Source of the DNA: Colwellia sp.
GTDB taxonomy: Bacteria; Pseudomonadota; Gammaproteobacteria; Enterobacterales; Alteromonadaceae
Assembly (NCBI GenBank): GCA_047633255.1
Contig: JBLIEW010000009.1
Location: 39,056-103,055, forward strand
Direction: 5' to 3'
DNA length: 64,000 nucleotides
A program made the position numbers and the translations under genes. The notes under the pieces are model-generated. The model did no database searches. It saw only the letters and a list, made by a program, of their open reading frames with translations, and was not told the origin of the DNA. Shown here in pieces: positions 42,142-52,627 of the stretch (within the stretch, counting starts at the first letter, position 1; every line of letters starts with the position of its first letter).

Positions 42142-42452
42142 CTATAAAAAAAATTAATAATGCGGTCAATAATAGCCCCATTATAGTGAGTAAAGAATTA
42201 ACCATTATTAACAAGTTAGGCCTGCATGCGCGTGCCGCCAGTAAACTCGCACAGCTTTGCCAACAATTTACCGCGACTATCCACTTACAGCTGGAAGAAA
42301 AAGAAGCAGATGCTAACAGTATAATGGCTATTATGCTTCTAGCGGGTGGACAAGGGAAAACAGTAAAAGTCACCGCGCAAGGCGTTGATGCCCCGCAAGC
42401 ATTACAAGCAATTAGTCAGTTAATTTCTGATAAATTTGACGAAGGACAGTAG
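42138..42452 (+). CDS. npr: Phosphocarrier protein NPr (PtsO)
   Basis: NKLGLHARAA HPr motif; last gene of the rpoN operon. Confidence 0.88.
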   Translation: MTIKKINNAVNNSPIIVSKELTIINKLGLHARAASKLAQLCQQFTATIHLQLEEKEADANSIMAIMLLAGGQGKTVKVTAQGVDAPQALQAISQLISDKFDEGQ

Positions 42453-42571
42453 CGATAAAGTAACAAAAAATGCTGCTATAACCACTAAGTTACGATAAAC
42501 TTAAACTTAGACCTTAAGCTAATATTAATTAGCCACTTCTCATGTAAACACAGCCAATTTACCTAACATTT

Positions 42572-43930
42572 ATGTCTGAAACTATAGAACAAGAAAATAT
42601 TCATCAAACACTGCATCAAGTGAATCAGGCACTTGATAGCGGTATGTTTGTTTATGTCCGTAAATTATTACAAGGCATGTCAGCTTATGACCTTGCCTTA
42701 ATTCTTGAATCTTCAACCGCTAGAAGCCGTCCTATTTTATGGCAACTCATCGATGTAGAATATCACGGTGAAGTACTAGAAGAGTTGAATGAAGAAGTAC
42801 GTAAAGGTATCTTACAAAGCATGCGACCAGAGAAACTGGCCGCCGTTGCTGAAGGTATGGATATCGATGATATTGCTGAAGTATTACGTACTCTACCCGA
42901 TGCTGTTTACCGTAAAGTACTCAATTCAATGGACTCGCAGGATAGAAGTCGAGTAGAAGCCGCACTGTCTTATGATGAAGACACTGCGGGTGGTATCATG
43001 AATACTGATACCATTACTTTACGCCCTGAAGTGAGTGTTGATATGGTAATACGTTACTTACGTTTAAAAGGCCAATTACCCGAAGCCACTGACTCTTTTT
43101 ATGTGGTTGACAAAAATAATTTTTTTATTGGTGCTGTATCACTGGCAGCCATCATTACCGCTCAACCAAACATTATTATTTCAACCCTAATTAATGCAGA
43201 GATAGAAGCCGTTCAAGCCGATATGGATGAACAAGAAGTAGCACAGTTATTTGAACGCCATGATTGGTTTTCAGCGCCTATAATTGATCACAGCGGTCAC
43301 TTACTTGGCCGTATAACCATAGATGATGTTATTGATATTATTCGTGAAAATGCCGAACACTCGATGATGAGTATGGCCGGTTTAGATGATGAAGCAGATA
43401 CCTTTGCGCCAGTTATAAAAAGTACCAAACAACGCTCCTTATGGCTAGGTGTAAACCTGATCACGGCTTTATTAGCGGTGGCAGTTACCAGTATGTTTGA
43501 AGATATTTTTCAGCAATTAGCCATTTTAGCGGTGTTAAACTCACTGGTGCCAAGTATGGGTGGCGTTGCGGGTAATCAAACTTTAACATTGGTTATCCGT
43601 GGTATGGCACTTGGCCATGTGGGTGACAGTAACGCTAGGGCATTACTCAACAAAGAAATCGCTATTGGCTTTCTTAATGGGGTAATTTGGGCACTATTAA
43701 TAGCCACGTTTGTTTCCATTTGGAAGCAAGATTTAATGTTAGGCGGCGTAATAGCTATTGCTATGCTAATGAACATGACCGCTGCAGGCTTAGCAGGGGT
43801 ATCGATACCGTTAATGTTAAAACGCCTTAATATTGACCCGGCCTTAGCCGGTAGTGTTATTATCACGACGGTTACTGATGTAGTTGGTATTTTTGCCTTT
43901 TTAGGTACCGCGACCCTTCTATTAACTTAG
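42572..43930 (+). CDS. mgtE: Magnesium transporter MgtE
   Basis: CBS pair, GRITIDD, SMGGVAGNQ, IDPALAG, TTVTD. Confidence 0.95.
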   Translation: MSETIEQENIHQTLHQVNQALDSGMFVYVRKLLQGMSAYDLALILESSTARSRPILWQLIDVEYHGEVLEELNEEVRKGILQSMRPEKLAAVAEGMDIDDIAEVLRTLPDAVYRKVLNSMDSQDRSRVEAALSYDEDTAGGIMNTDTITLRPEVSVDMVIRYLRLKGQLPEATDSFYVVDKNNFFIGAVSLAAIITAQPNIIISTLINAEIEAVQADMDEQEVAQLFERHDWFSAPIIDHSGHLLGRITIDDVIDIIRENAEHSMMSMAGLDDEADTFAPVIKSTKQRSLWLGVNLITALLAVAVTSMFEDIFQQLAILAVLNSLVPSMGGVAGNQTLTLVIRGMALGHVGDSNARALLNKEIAIGFLNGVIWALLIATFVSIWKQDLMLGGVIAIAMLMNMTAAGLAGVSIPLMLKRLNIDPALAGSVIITTVTDVVGIFAFLGTATLLLT

Positions 43931-44039
43931 CGAATCAGCGGTTAACGATTAGCAATAGCTAGTAGCGAGTTTAAAACAAAGTAAAGGTATCTTAGAACTT
44001 AGCTTAATAACTCGTCACTAACCAATAGAGTAGGCTATT

Positions 44040-45419
44040 CTATTGCCCTGCTATTTGCATTTCATCAATCAATATCGAACCCGTTGCAATACTACCGTGC
44101 TTGTCAAAATCTGAGCCAACCGCAACAATACCTTTAAACATTTGCGATAAATTACCGGCAATAGTTATTTCACTTACCGGGTAAGCCAACTCACCATTTT
44201 CTACCCAAAAACCTGCCGCACCACGAGAATAATCGCCATTGACAACATTAACACCTTGGCCCATTAGTTCGGTAACTAATAGCCCAGTACCTAAGGTTTT
44301 TAACATGGCATCAAAATCGGCATCTTCACACCCTTTAGTTTGAGAATTTTTATCTTTAACTAGCCAATTGTGAATACCGCCAGCATGACCTGTTGTGGTA
44401 AGCCCTAACTTGCGTGCTGAATAACTGGTTAATAAATAAGTTTGTAAGGCACCATCAATGATAATATCCCTATCTTGAGTCAGTATCCCTTCACTATCAA
44501 AAGCACTACTTGCTAACGCTTTTTTGATATGAGGACGCTCTTGAATAGTTAAAAAATCAGGGAAGATATCTTTTCCTATCGCATCAAGTAAAAAGGAAGA
44601 TTTACGGTATAAATTACCACCACTAATTGCGGCAATAAAATGTCCCCAAAGCGTATTAGCAATATCAGCGCGAAACAATACCGGTACTTTTTGAGTGGAT
44701 AACTTTTGTGGATTTAAACGTGAAAGAACCTCGCTAGCCGCTTTTTTCCCAATGTTAATACCGCTATCTAATAAGGTGAAATCACGATTAACGTCATAAG
44801 CGTAATCACGCTCCATTTCATCATCACTTCCCGCAATAACTACACAGCTTAAACTATGGCGAGAGCTTGGGTAACCCACTAACTGTCCATTACTGTTACC
44901 GTAGACTTTAAAACCTGAAAAACAATCTAAATTAGCCCCATCAGAGTTGGTGATACGACTATCACTGTCTAATGCGCTTTGTTCACATTCTTTTGCAATT
45001 TCTATCGCTTGCTCTGTACTCATGTCTTTAGGATGGTATAAATCTAAATCTATTGGATTCATCGCTAATAACGCTTTATCAGCTAAACCTGAACAATCAT
45101 CAACTGAGGTATACTTAGCGATATTAACAGCCGCTTCTACTGCTTGTACTAGCGCTTTTTCTGATAAATCAGCGGTGGATGCGCTGCCTTTTCGTCCTTG
45201 TTGGTAAACCGTAATACCTAAAGCGCCGTCATTGGTAAATTCTACATTCTCAACCTCACCAAGACGAGTACCTACACTTAGCCCTTGTTGGCGACTCATG
45301 GCGACTTCTGCACCATCCGCTCCTAATGATTTAGCTAATTCAAGTACTTGCGCGACTCTTGCTTTGACTTGATCAAGTTGTTCGATTAATGGATCACTAA
45401 ATTGTTTTTTTTGGCTCAT
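44040..45419 (-). CDS. pmbA: Metalloprotease subunit PmbA (TldE)
   Basis: GRKGSASTAD, LYRKSSFL, GDYSRGAAGFWVENG. Confidence 0.93.
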   Translation of the reverse strand: MSQKKQFSDPLIEQLDQVKARVAQVLELAKSLGADGAEVAMSRQQGLSVGTRLGEVENVEFTNDGALGITVYQQGRKGSASTADLSEKALVQAVEAAVNIAKYTSVDDCSGLADKALLAMNPIDLDLYHPKDMSTEQAIEIAKECEQSALDSDSRITNSDGANLDCFSGFKVYGNSNGQLVGYPSSRHSLSCVVIAGSDDEMERDYAYDVNRDFTLLDSGINIGKKAASEVLSRLNPQKLSTQKVPVLFRADIANTLWGHFIAAISGGNLYRKSSFLLDAIGKDIFPDFLTIQERPHIKKALASSAFDSEGILTQDRDIIIDGALQTYLLTSYSARKLGLTTTGHAGGIHNWLVKDKNSQTKGCEDADFDAMLKTLGTGLLVTELMGQGVNVVNGDYSRGAAGFWVENGELAYPVSEITIAGNLSQMFKGIVAVGSDFDKHGSIATGSILIDEMQIAGQ

Positions 45420-45515
45420 AGTTTTTTGTCTACTTCGGCTTTTAAAATATCAACTTTATTAATTTTTACGTATAATGAAGACATTAATTTAAATTAACTT
45501 ATATTAACAACTATT

Positions 45516-46040
45516 ATGCCCCAGTCAGCCAACGATATCGACGACTTATCATCGGAAATAGACCAAGAATTGAAGAGTAAAACCGAAATTAAAAGAGAAA
45601 TGCATCAATTGCAGGATTTTGGTCAAAAATTAATAGAGATGTCTAAACATCAGCGTAGCCGCTTACCATTATCCGAAGATCTTAAATACGCGATGATTGT
45701 GGCTGATAAAATTAGAAATAAGAATGAAGCACTACGCCGCCATATTCGTCATATAGCTAAAATATTGCTAGAAACCGACCTTGCCCCTATTCATCAAGCT
45801 CTCGATGTCATGGCAAATAAACATCAGCAAGAAACAGCTAAATTTATCCGTTTAGAAAACTTAAGAGATGAATTAATTGAACAAGGTAATGAGGCTATTG
45901 AAGCATTACTTACTGAGTTTGAACAGATGGAACGACAAAAACTGAAACAGTTAGTGCGTCATGCCGCTAAAGAGAAAAAGGCAGAAAAACTAGGTAAGCA
46001 TTACCGTAATTTATTCGATTACCTTAAGGAGAATAGTTAA
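45516..46040 (+). CDS. yjgA: Ribosome-associated protein YjgA (DarP)
   Basis: SKTEIKREM..LQDFG, LENLRDELI; divergent from pmbA. Confidence 0.88.
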   Translation: MPQSANDIDDLSSEIDQELKSKTEIKREMHQLQDFGQKLIEMSKHQRSRLPLSEDLKYAMIVADKIRNKNEALRRHIRHIAKILLETDLAPIHQALDVMANKHQQETAKFIRLENLRDELIEQGNEAIEALLTEFEQMERQKLKQLVRHAAKEKKAEKLGKHYRNLFDYLKENS

Positions 46041-46103
46041 CCCTTCGACTGCTTCACGCTCAGGACAGACGGACATTCCCGTTCATCCTGAGCCTGTCGA
46101 AGG
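46041..46103. repeat. Imperfect palindromic REP-like element between convergent yjgA and tldD
   Basis: CCTTCGAC..GCTCAGGA paired with TCCTGAGC..GTCGAAGG. Confidence 0.65.
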
Positions 46104-46109
46104 ACATGC

Positions 46110-47564
46110 TTATTGTGTTCCACCAATGGTCATTTCATCAACTTTTAATGTCGGTTGACCAACACCAACAGGCACACTTTGACCATCCTTTCCACACACG
46201 CCAACACCCGCATCTAGCCTAAGATCGTTACCCACCATAGACACTTTTTTCATTGCCTCTGGACCGCTACCAATTAAAGTAGCCCCTTTAATGGGTGTAG
46301 TGATTTGGCCGTCTTCAATCAAATACGCTTCTGAACTAGTAAAAACGAATTTTCCTGACGTAATATCTACTTGCCCACCAGCAAAATTTGGCGCATAAAT
46401 GCCTTTCTTCACCGATTTAATAATATCTTCAGGGCTAGACTCTCCTGCAAGCATATAAGTATTAGTCATACGTGGCATAGGCAAGTGGGCATAAGATTCA
46501 CGACGACCATTCCCTGTTGGTTTAACGCCCATTAATTGTGCATTATGCTTATCTTGCATGTAGCCTTTTAAAATGCCTTTTTCAATCAAGACATTATATT
46601 GCCCTGGTGTACCTTCATCATCAATACTAATTGAACCACGACGATTTACCATCGTGCCATCATCAACAATAGTACAAAGTGAGGAAGCAACTTGTTGACC
46701 AATTTTTCCTGAAAAAGCTGAAGAACCTTTACGATTAAAGTCACCCTCTAAGCCATGACCAACCGCTTCATGTAATAACACGCCCGGCCAACCCGCGCCC
46801 AGTACCACAGGAAAAGTTCCCGCAGGTGCATCAACGGCAACTAAATTAACCAAGGCTTGACGAACCGCTTCTTCAGCATAAGTTAAATAACGCGCTTTTG
46901 CTTGTCCAGAGGCATTATGTTCTAATTCAAAGAAGTAACTATAATCCGTTCTAGCACCGCCGCCGGCACTGGCACGTTCACGCTTACCATTTTCTTCCAC
47001 TAATACTGAACAGTTCAAACGCACTAGCGGGCGAATATCAGTGCCATAGGTGCCGTCACTAGCCGCCACTAATATTTTTTCATGCACACCAGATAAGCTA
47101 ACAATAACCTGACTTACTCGACTATCAACTTGTCTAGCATGTGCTTCAACTTGATGTAATAAATCTATTTTTTGTTCTTGTGTTAAACTACCCAGTGGTT
47201 CAACTGTTTGATAAATTTTTATTGGTGACTGACGTTTAAATGCTTGAACTTGTGCGCCTTTACCACTATCAGCTATCCCTTTAGCAGCATCGGCCGCTTG
47301 TTGAAGCGCTAATGGAGATATATCGTCAGAATAAGCAAAACCTGTTTTCTCACCAGAGATTGCTCGTACGCCAACCCCTCTCTCCATATTGTATGAGCCT
47401 TCTTTAACGATGCCATCTTCAAGCATCCAAGATTCATGTTGGCTAGACTGAAAATATAAATCAGCAAAATTGACTTGTCTTCCCATCATGCTATTTAATG
47501 TTTTAGATAAAATAGCATCATCGATGTGGCTATCGGCTAACAGGGTTTGCTCAACATTATTCAT
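46110..47564 (-). CDS. tldD: Metalloprotease TldD
   Basis: [34 protein letters not shown]. Confidence 0.96.
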   Translation of the reverse strand: MNNVEQTLLADSHIDDAILSKTLNSMMGRQVNFADLYFQSSQHESWMLEDGIVKEGSYNMERGVGVRAISGEKTGFAYSDDISPLALQQAADAAKGIADSGKGAQVQAFKRQSPIKIYQTVEPLGSLTQEQKIDLLHQVEAHARQVDSRVSQVIVSLSGVHEKILVAASDGTYGTDIRPLVRLNCSVLVEENGKRERASAGGGARTDYSYFFELEHNASGQAKARYLTYAEEAVRQALVNLVAVDAPAGTFPVVLGAGWPGVLLHEAVGHGLEGDFNRKGSSAFSGKIGQQVASSLCTIVDDGTMVNRRGSISIDDEGTPGQYNVLIEKGILKGYMQDKHNAQLMGVKPTGNGRRESYAHLPMPRMTNTYMLAGESSPEDIIKSVKKGIYAPNFAGGQVDITSGKFVFTSSEAYLIEDGQITTPIKGATLIGSGPEAMKKVSMVGNDLRLDAGVGVCGKDGQSVPVGVGQPTLKVDEMTIGGTQ

Positions 47565-47590
47565 TTAACACTCGATATATAATTGGATAT

Positions 47591-48445
47591 TTAATTGGAT
47601 ATTAAAGCATGCTTTAGGGGCATACTTGTTCGTATTCTTTGTATTTCTAGGGGAACAAAATCGCTAGTAATAATACCTTCACCTTGATCAAGGCAGGCTA
47701 ATATTTCTCCCCAAGGGCTAATGATCATTGAATGTCCCCATGTTTCTCGACCGTTAGCATGCACACCTTCTTGGCCTGCTGCAATAATGTAAACTTGATT
47801 TTCAATCGCTCTTGCTTGCAACAATGTTTGCCAATGTACCTTACCCGTGACACGGGTAAATGCGCTAGGTACAGTAATAATATCTGCGCCTAATTCGCTA
47901 AGCTTTTGATACAATAACGGGAAACGAAGATCAAAACATACCGACAAACCTATAGTTGCCAATGGTGTTTTGGCGACACAAACCTTAGTACCAGCTTGAG
48001 TATAACGGGATTCGTAGTAAGTCTTTTCATTATCTTCAACATTTACATCAAACAAATGAATTTTATCATAACGTGTTATCAGTTCGCCAAGGGAATTAAA
48101 AGCACAGCTGGTATTGGTAAACTTATCACCACCTTTCGTTATAATAGGAATGCTACCGCCAATCAGGGTAACTTTATATTGCTTGGCTAACTGACTTAAC
48201 GATACTTGCAGTTCACTATTACCTTCTGAATTGACTTTTGAATGACTTTTTGATTGTTGAGCGAGTGATAACTGTGCCTGGTCACTGGCACCAAAAAACA
48301 AGCAACACTCCGGCAACACAACAATATGTTCAATGTCAGCATTATTCGGTGTTTGTGTTAATTTTTCTAACTGCTTAGCAATAGCCTGAATATTTTGCTC
48401 AACATTTGGCGTAGAGTTAAGTTGAATCGCACTAAGTTTAACCAT
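47591..48445 (-). CDS. Carbon-nitrogen hydrolase (Nit1-like)
   Basis: LPEC, YDKIHLFD, VCFDLRFP catalytic motifs; start ATG 48445 (or GTG 48457). Confidence 0.9.
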   Translation of the reverse strand: MVKLSAIQLNSTPNVEQNIQAIAKQLEKLTQTPNNADIEHIVVLPECCLFFGASDQAQLSLAQQSKSHSKVNSEGNSELQVSLSQLAKQYKVTLIGGSIPIITKGGDKFTNTSCAFNSLGELITRYDKIHLFDVNVEDNEKTYYESRYTQAGTKVCVAKTPLATIGLSVCFDLRFPLLYQKLSELGADIITVPSAFTRVTGKVHWQTLLQARAIENQVYIIAAGQEGVHANGRETWGHSMIISPWGEILACLDQGEGIITSDFVPLEIQRIRTSMPLKHALISN

Positions 48446-51400
48446 TGTTTTGTTCACCTTGATGACTTTGTTTAAACGGCTTCTGTTTATCAGCTTTCAA
48501 TTTATTATATTGCAAAGGGGGCGAATACTGTTCAATCAAATTTTGATTAACATCATACTCTTGTTGAGTATTGCTTTTTTCGGTGTCGGCATTGCTTTTT
48601 TCACTATTGTCAGCAAACGTTGGTGGTGTAGAGCGGCCAACACTGACATCTCTACTTTTACGATTAACTTCTTTAAAATCAGGTTCGCTAACACTACCCG
48701 TAAGCTCAAAATTAAATTCAGAAACCACTTGAGAAGTAATCACTTGATCAATGGCTACTCCAGCTAAAAACACCACTGGATTTAGGGTCGCGATCCAAGC
48801 TAATACGGGTAGACTCGAGGTAAGATTAGGCTTATATGACATTTTATAATCAAGGGTATTAGTAGCAAAACTGGTATTACCTTTAATATATAAATTACCT
48901 GCCGTACCATTCATACGGGTGTTATTTGTGTACAACACCCCCTCATCTACACGATAATCACCTTTAATTTCCTTATAAAACATACCGTCACTGAAAATAT
49001 CTCGAAAATCTAAGGTTAACTTTCTCACGATAGACTGCAAACTTAACACAGAAAATATACGTGCTTTATCGCTAACTTCAGCTAAATAACCATCATCAAT
49101 TTTAGCATTAAGTGCCCCATTAAGATTGTTAAAACTAAAATCATGTGGGCCACCTTGCCAATTAAGATCAACATTTAATTTCCCCCCACTATCACGAATA
49201 ATAGAGCCATAACCTAACTGTTCTAATTCATATTCAATATCTTTTAAAGACAATTCACCCGTAATGCTAGTTGTGTTTACTTTGTCATTTTTTTGCCATT
49301 GCCCCGTTAAGCTAAACTGAGCTTGCTCACATTTAGCGTTAAAATGCTCAATTTCAATAACATCTTGCCCACGGCGCGTTAAAGATAGATTCACTTGCCC
49401 TAAATTTAATTTATCAATTTGACAACGATCACAGTGCAAATTAATTTTTGGCATATTATCAAAGACATTATCATCGCTTACTGACGAAGCAGTTGCATAC
49501 GAATCAGTTGCCAGCGGAGTGGTTTCTGGCGAAGTAATAGGCTCTTCCGTATCTGTCGCCATATTATTATCAATATTGGTTGTTAAATGAATGAAATCAG
49601 CATTAATATCAATTCCCTGCTCTATCCAGTCGGGATAAAATTTGATTCGGCTGCGGGTCTCTTTAGCATTGAGCTGTAATAGCCACCAGTTCTTTTCATC
49701 TAATAAGTTAAAAGAAGCATTATTAAATTTTTGCCCTAACAGATTTAATTGCGTTATGGTTCCTCTAATACGTTCAGGTGTTGAAAACAAAGGAAGTGAG
49801 TTTTCTCCAAGCCCATTAGCACCTTTAGGATCATTAACGGCAGTAACCGTATCAATAATATCGCTGATCAAGGGTTGCCATACGTTAAAATCTGCTTGTG
49901 CAAGTTTAGTGGTGATATGAAAACCATTTGTAGGTAAAAGCATCTGTTCATTACCTAAAACAATATGGGCCCGAGAAAAATGACTAGTCTCATGTTCTAA
50001 CACACCAAAAAAACTTAATTGATCGCCATATGAGGCATTAAACGTTGAGTGCTCTAACTGACCCACTACAGCAATTTTTAGTGGTACTTTGATTTGCTCA
50101 GCTTTGTTGTATGGTTCTGGAAGATTCAGTGCGATTTGTTGCAAATTTGAGTCAATATTGAATTGATATGAAAAACCACCGTTATGATGTTGATAAAGTG
50201 ATAAGTCACCTTGAAACGTTAATTGACCATCAAAATATTTTTTCAAACGCGGTTTAATATGTTGTTTCCAAGCACCAGCTTGCCAATCAGCTGTTATCGT
50301 AATATTAGTATCATAATAATCAGCTTTATCTAATCCTTTCACCACTAATTTTAAGGGTAAACCTTGCCAATTTAGCGATAAATTTTTAGTCGATAATGTT
50401 TCATTCTCAAAACTCAATTGGCCCGTTACTTCACTAAAATTCATCTGCGGTGTTTTCAAGGCAATGTAATTATCAGCAAAGTTAATTAGACCACTAGCAA
50501 GACTTTTTTCGGTTGCATTCAACGGTAAATTCAAATGGAATTCGCCATTAACATCACCACTCACCTGTAATTGTTCTAAAACAGTACCGACACTATTTTT
50601 TAATGGACTTTGATTCATTAAATTGGCAACACTGCTCGCAGGAGATGGTTTAATTAAGGTATCTACTAAGAGTATTCGTTCATTGGCTAAATCATCAATA
50701 GCGGCTTGCACGCCATTGACATCAAGCCCTGCTAAATTTCCTGACCGGCCAGTAATTAGCATACTGTTATTAGTGAAATTCAAGTTTGCTGAAAAAGAGT
50801 TTATTGACGGCCACTGATCATCAAATTCAAAAGTCGCGTCTTCTAATTCTGCATCGACAACAAAAATGCCCTCATTATCATTAAAAGGAAAACTAGCTAG
50901 AGGTCCATTTAATAATACTTGTGCTTGGGTAACTTTGCCGTCAATTAACGCATTATTAAGATAAGTGACTAAATTATTACTCATCGAGGTTAATGGATAA
51001 TAATGTCCTATTTTACTAACATCAACATCGGTTATATTTGCTAGTAATGACAGACGAGCATCAGTGTCTTTAAACGATTCGATTGCTAAATTGCCTGTTA
51101 AATTTAGCTCACTTGAGCTTAAATTGATATCGTTAACCGTCAATTGCCAACCTTGCTCAACAAAAGATAAATCGACGCTCGCATTAAGTGATTGGTAGCG
51201 GATGGGCGCAACAAAATGATGGCTAAAGTCTAATGCACCTTCTGTTGCTGCTAATTCAAAATGCAGATCCTGATCGGTATAGCTTAATTGCCCTGAAAGA
51301 TTTTCTATACCTGGAATGCCCTCACTATACTGAGTTGATGCGATAGAAAAGTTAGCTAATGCTTTTATTTCATCTGCTGCCTTTTTGAAATATATTTCAC

Positions 51401-52553
51401 TCGCCTGACCACGAATAGCTAATTCAGACAAAATCTCACGCACCCCCTGAGTACTGATAAATAATGGGGAGACTTGGCTAATTAAGGCAAGATCAAATGC
51501 CGATAAATAAATTGAAATATCATCTGCTGTTTTGTTCAGCTGTAAAGTATAGGCCTGTTTTACTTGTTGGTTAAATTGTAATAAAAGTGGCGTGCTGTAA
51601 AGTTTAAAACTTTCGGCTTCTTTGCCTTTAACTAATAATAACTGCCCTTCACTTAGCGCTAAATTATGTTCTTTACCTGCGACTTGCCAACTAATGTGGT
51701 TTTCATGTAAAGCCACTTGTAATCGTTCAATGCTACCGGCATTTACTTTTAACCAAGCAGAAAAGCCAATATCAGCTTTAGTGTTATCATTATCAAGCAC
51801 TAAAACACTATCAAGCCAAGGTGTAACGTCCAGATGATTGGCTTCGACATATATTGCACCGGTTAACTCATCAACGGTAGAACCACTGATATCTATCTGT
51901 AAACTTAAGTTATTGCTGCTTAATTCGTTAACAATAATGGTACCTTGCGCTTGATGTTGATCGCCATCATTTAGCCAGTGTAAATTATTGATATGAAAAT
52001 CACGTTCAACCGCATCGTTATTGATCGATATTTGACTATTTAGTAAGGAAAAACGATTAATTCGATTCAAAAAAATAGCTGATATTCTCTGAAAATCACT
52101 CGGTTTTTCGTTTACCTCTGAGCTAGGATTTATCTGTGATGTATCGGGATTGGTTTTATCCTGAGAATTCAACGCATTTTGTTCAATATTGACTATGGCG
52201 CCATCTAAGATCAAATTACTTGAAATCAATTGTTGAGTAGTTATTGTAGCCCAAAAATCCACTTGCATCTCTATATGCTCAATAGTGATTTGAGCATTTT
52301 CAGTATCAATTAGTGTTACTTGGTTAGCAATTAACGTTGGACCAGAGCCTCGCCAACTCATTCCTAAACCACCAATAACAAGATTTGTTTGATTGTTATT
52401 GTTTATATAATGTTGAAAATCTTGACGATAGTTTTCAACATAAGGTAGGAGTAGACGAAAAGCGCTAATTAGCACAGCCAAACAAACCAACATAATAGCG
52501 AGTATTTTGTATAGACGGTTTAGCCAACGATTAGAAGCGCTTGTAATCGACAT
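48438..52553 (-). CDS. yhdP: AsmA-like protein YhdP
   Basis: 1371 aa, N-terminal TM, C-terminal LTLDFRDIFSDG; position between rng and nit/tldD. Confidence 0.9.
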   Translation of the reverse strand: MSITSASNRWLNRLYKILAIMLVCLAVLISAFRLLLPYVENYRQDFQHYINNNNQTNLVIGGLGMSWRGSGPTLIANQVTLIDTENAQITIEHIEMQVDFWATITTQQLISSNLILDGAIVNIEQNALNSQDKTNPDTSQINPSSEVNEKPSDFQRISAIFLNRINRFSLLNSQISINNDAVERDFHINNLHWLNDGDQHQAQGTIIVNELSSNNLSLQIDISGSTVDELTGAIYVEANHLDVTPWLDSVLVLDNDNTKADIGFSAWLKVNAGSIERLQVALHENHISWQVAGKEHNLALSEGQLLLVKGKEAESFKLYSTPLLLQFNQQVKQAYTLQLNKTADDISIYLSAFDLALISQVSPLFISTQGVREILSELAIRGQASEIYFKKAADEIKALANFSIASTQYSEGIPGIENLSGQLSYTDQDLHFELAATEGALDFSHHFVAPIRYQSLNASVDLSFVEQGWQLTVNDINLSSSELNLTGNLAIESFKDTDARLSLLANITDVDVSKIGHYYPLTSMSNNLVTYLNNALIDGKVTQAQVLLNGPLASFPFNDNEGIFVVDAELEDATFEFDDQWPSINSFSANLNFTNNSMLITGRSGNLAGLDVNGVQAAIDDLANERILLVDTLIKPSPASSVANLMNQSPLKNSVGTVLEQLQVSGDVNGEFHLNLPLNATEKSLASGLINFADNYIALKTPQMNFSEVTGQLSFENETLSTKNLSLNWQGLPLKLVVKGLDKADYYDTNITITADWQAGAWKQHIKPRLKKYFDGQLTFQGDLSLYQHHNGGFSYQFNIDSNLQQIALNLPEPYNKAEQIKVPLKIAVVGQLEHSTFNASYGDQLSFFGVLEHETSHFSRAHIVLGNEQMLLPTNGFHITTKLAQADFNVWQPLISDIIDTVTAVNDPKGANGLGENSLPLFSTPERIRGTITQLNLLGQKFNNASFNLLDEKNWWLLQLNAKETRSRIKFYPDWIEQGIDINADFIHLTTNIDNNMATDTEEPITSPETTPLATDSYATASSVSDDNVFDNMPKINLHCDRCQIDKLNLGQVNLSLTRRGQDVIEIEHFNAKCEQAQFSLTGQWQKNDKVNTTSITGELSLKDIEYELEQLGYGSIIRDSGGKLNVDLNWQGGPHDFSFNNLNGALNAKIDDGYLAEVSDKARIFSVLSLQSIVRKLTLDFRDIFSDGMFYKEIKGDYRVDEGVLYTNNTRMNGTAGNLYIKGNTSFATNTLDYKMSYKPNLTSSLPVLAWIATLNPVVFLAGVAIDQVITSQVVSEFNFELTGSVSEPDFKEVNRKSRDVSVGRSTPPTFADNSEKSNADTEKSNTQQEYDVNQNLIEQYSPPLQYNKLKADKQKPFKQSHQGEQNNG

Positions 52554-52627
52554 TTGTAATTATTTTCCTAAAATATGTAGTTTAATACCAATGACGCTAC
52601 AAGATGCAGTTTCAGAGCGGGTATAGA

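Noticed and set aside
47581-47603. AATTGGATATT tandem duplication at the nit stop
   Set aside because: Short AT-rich slippage repeat with no evident consequence.
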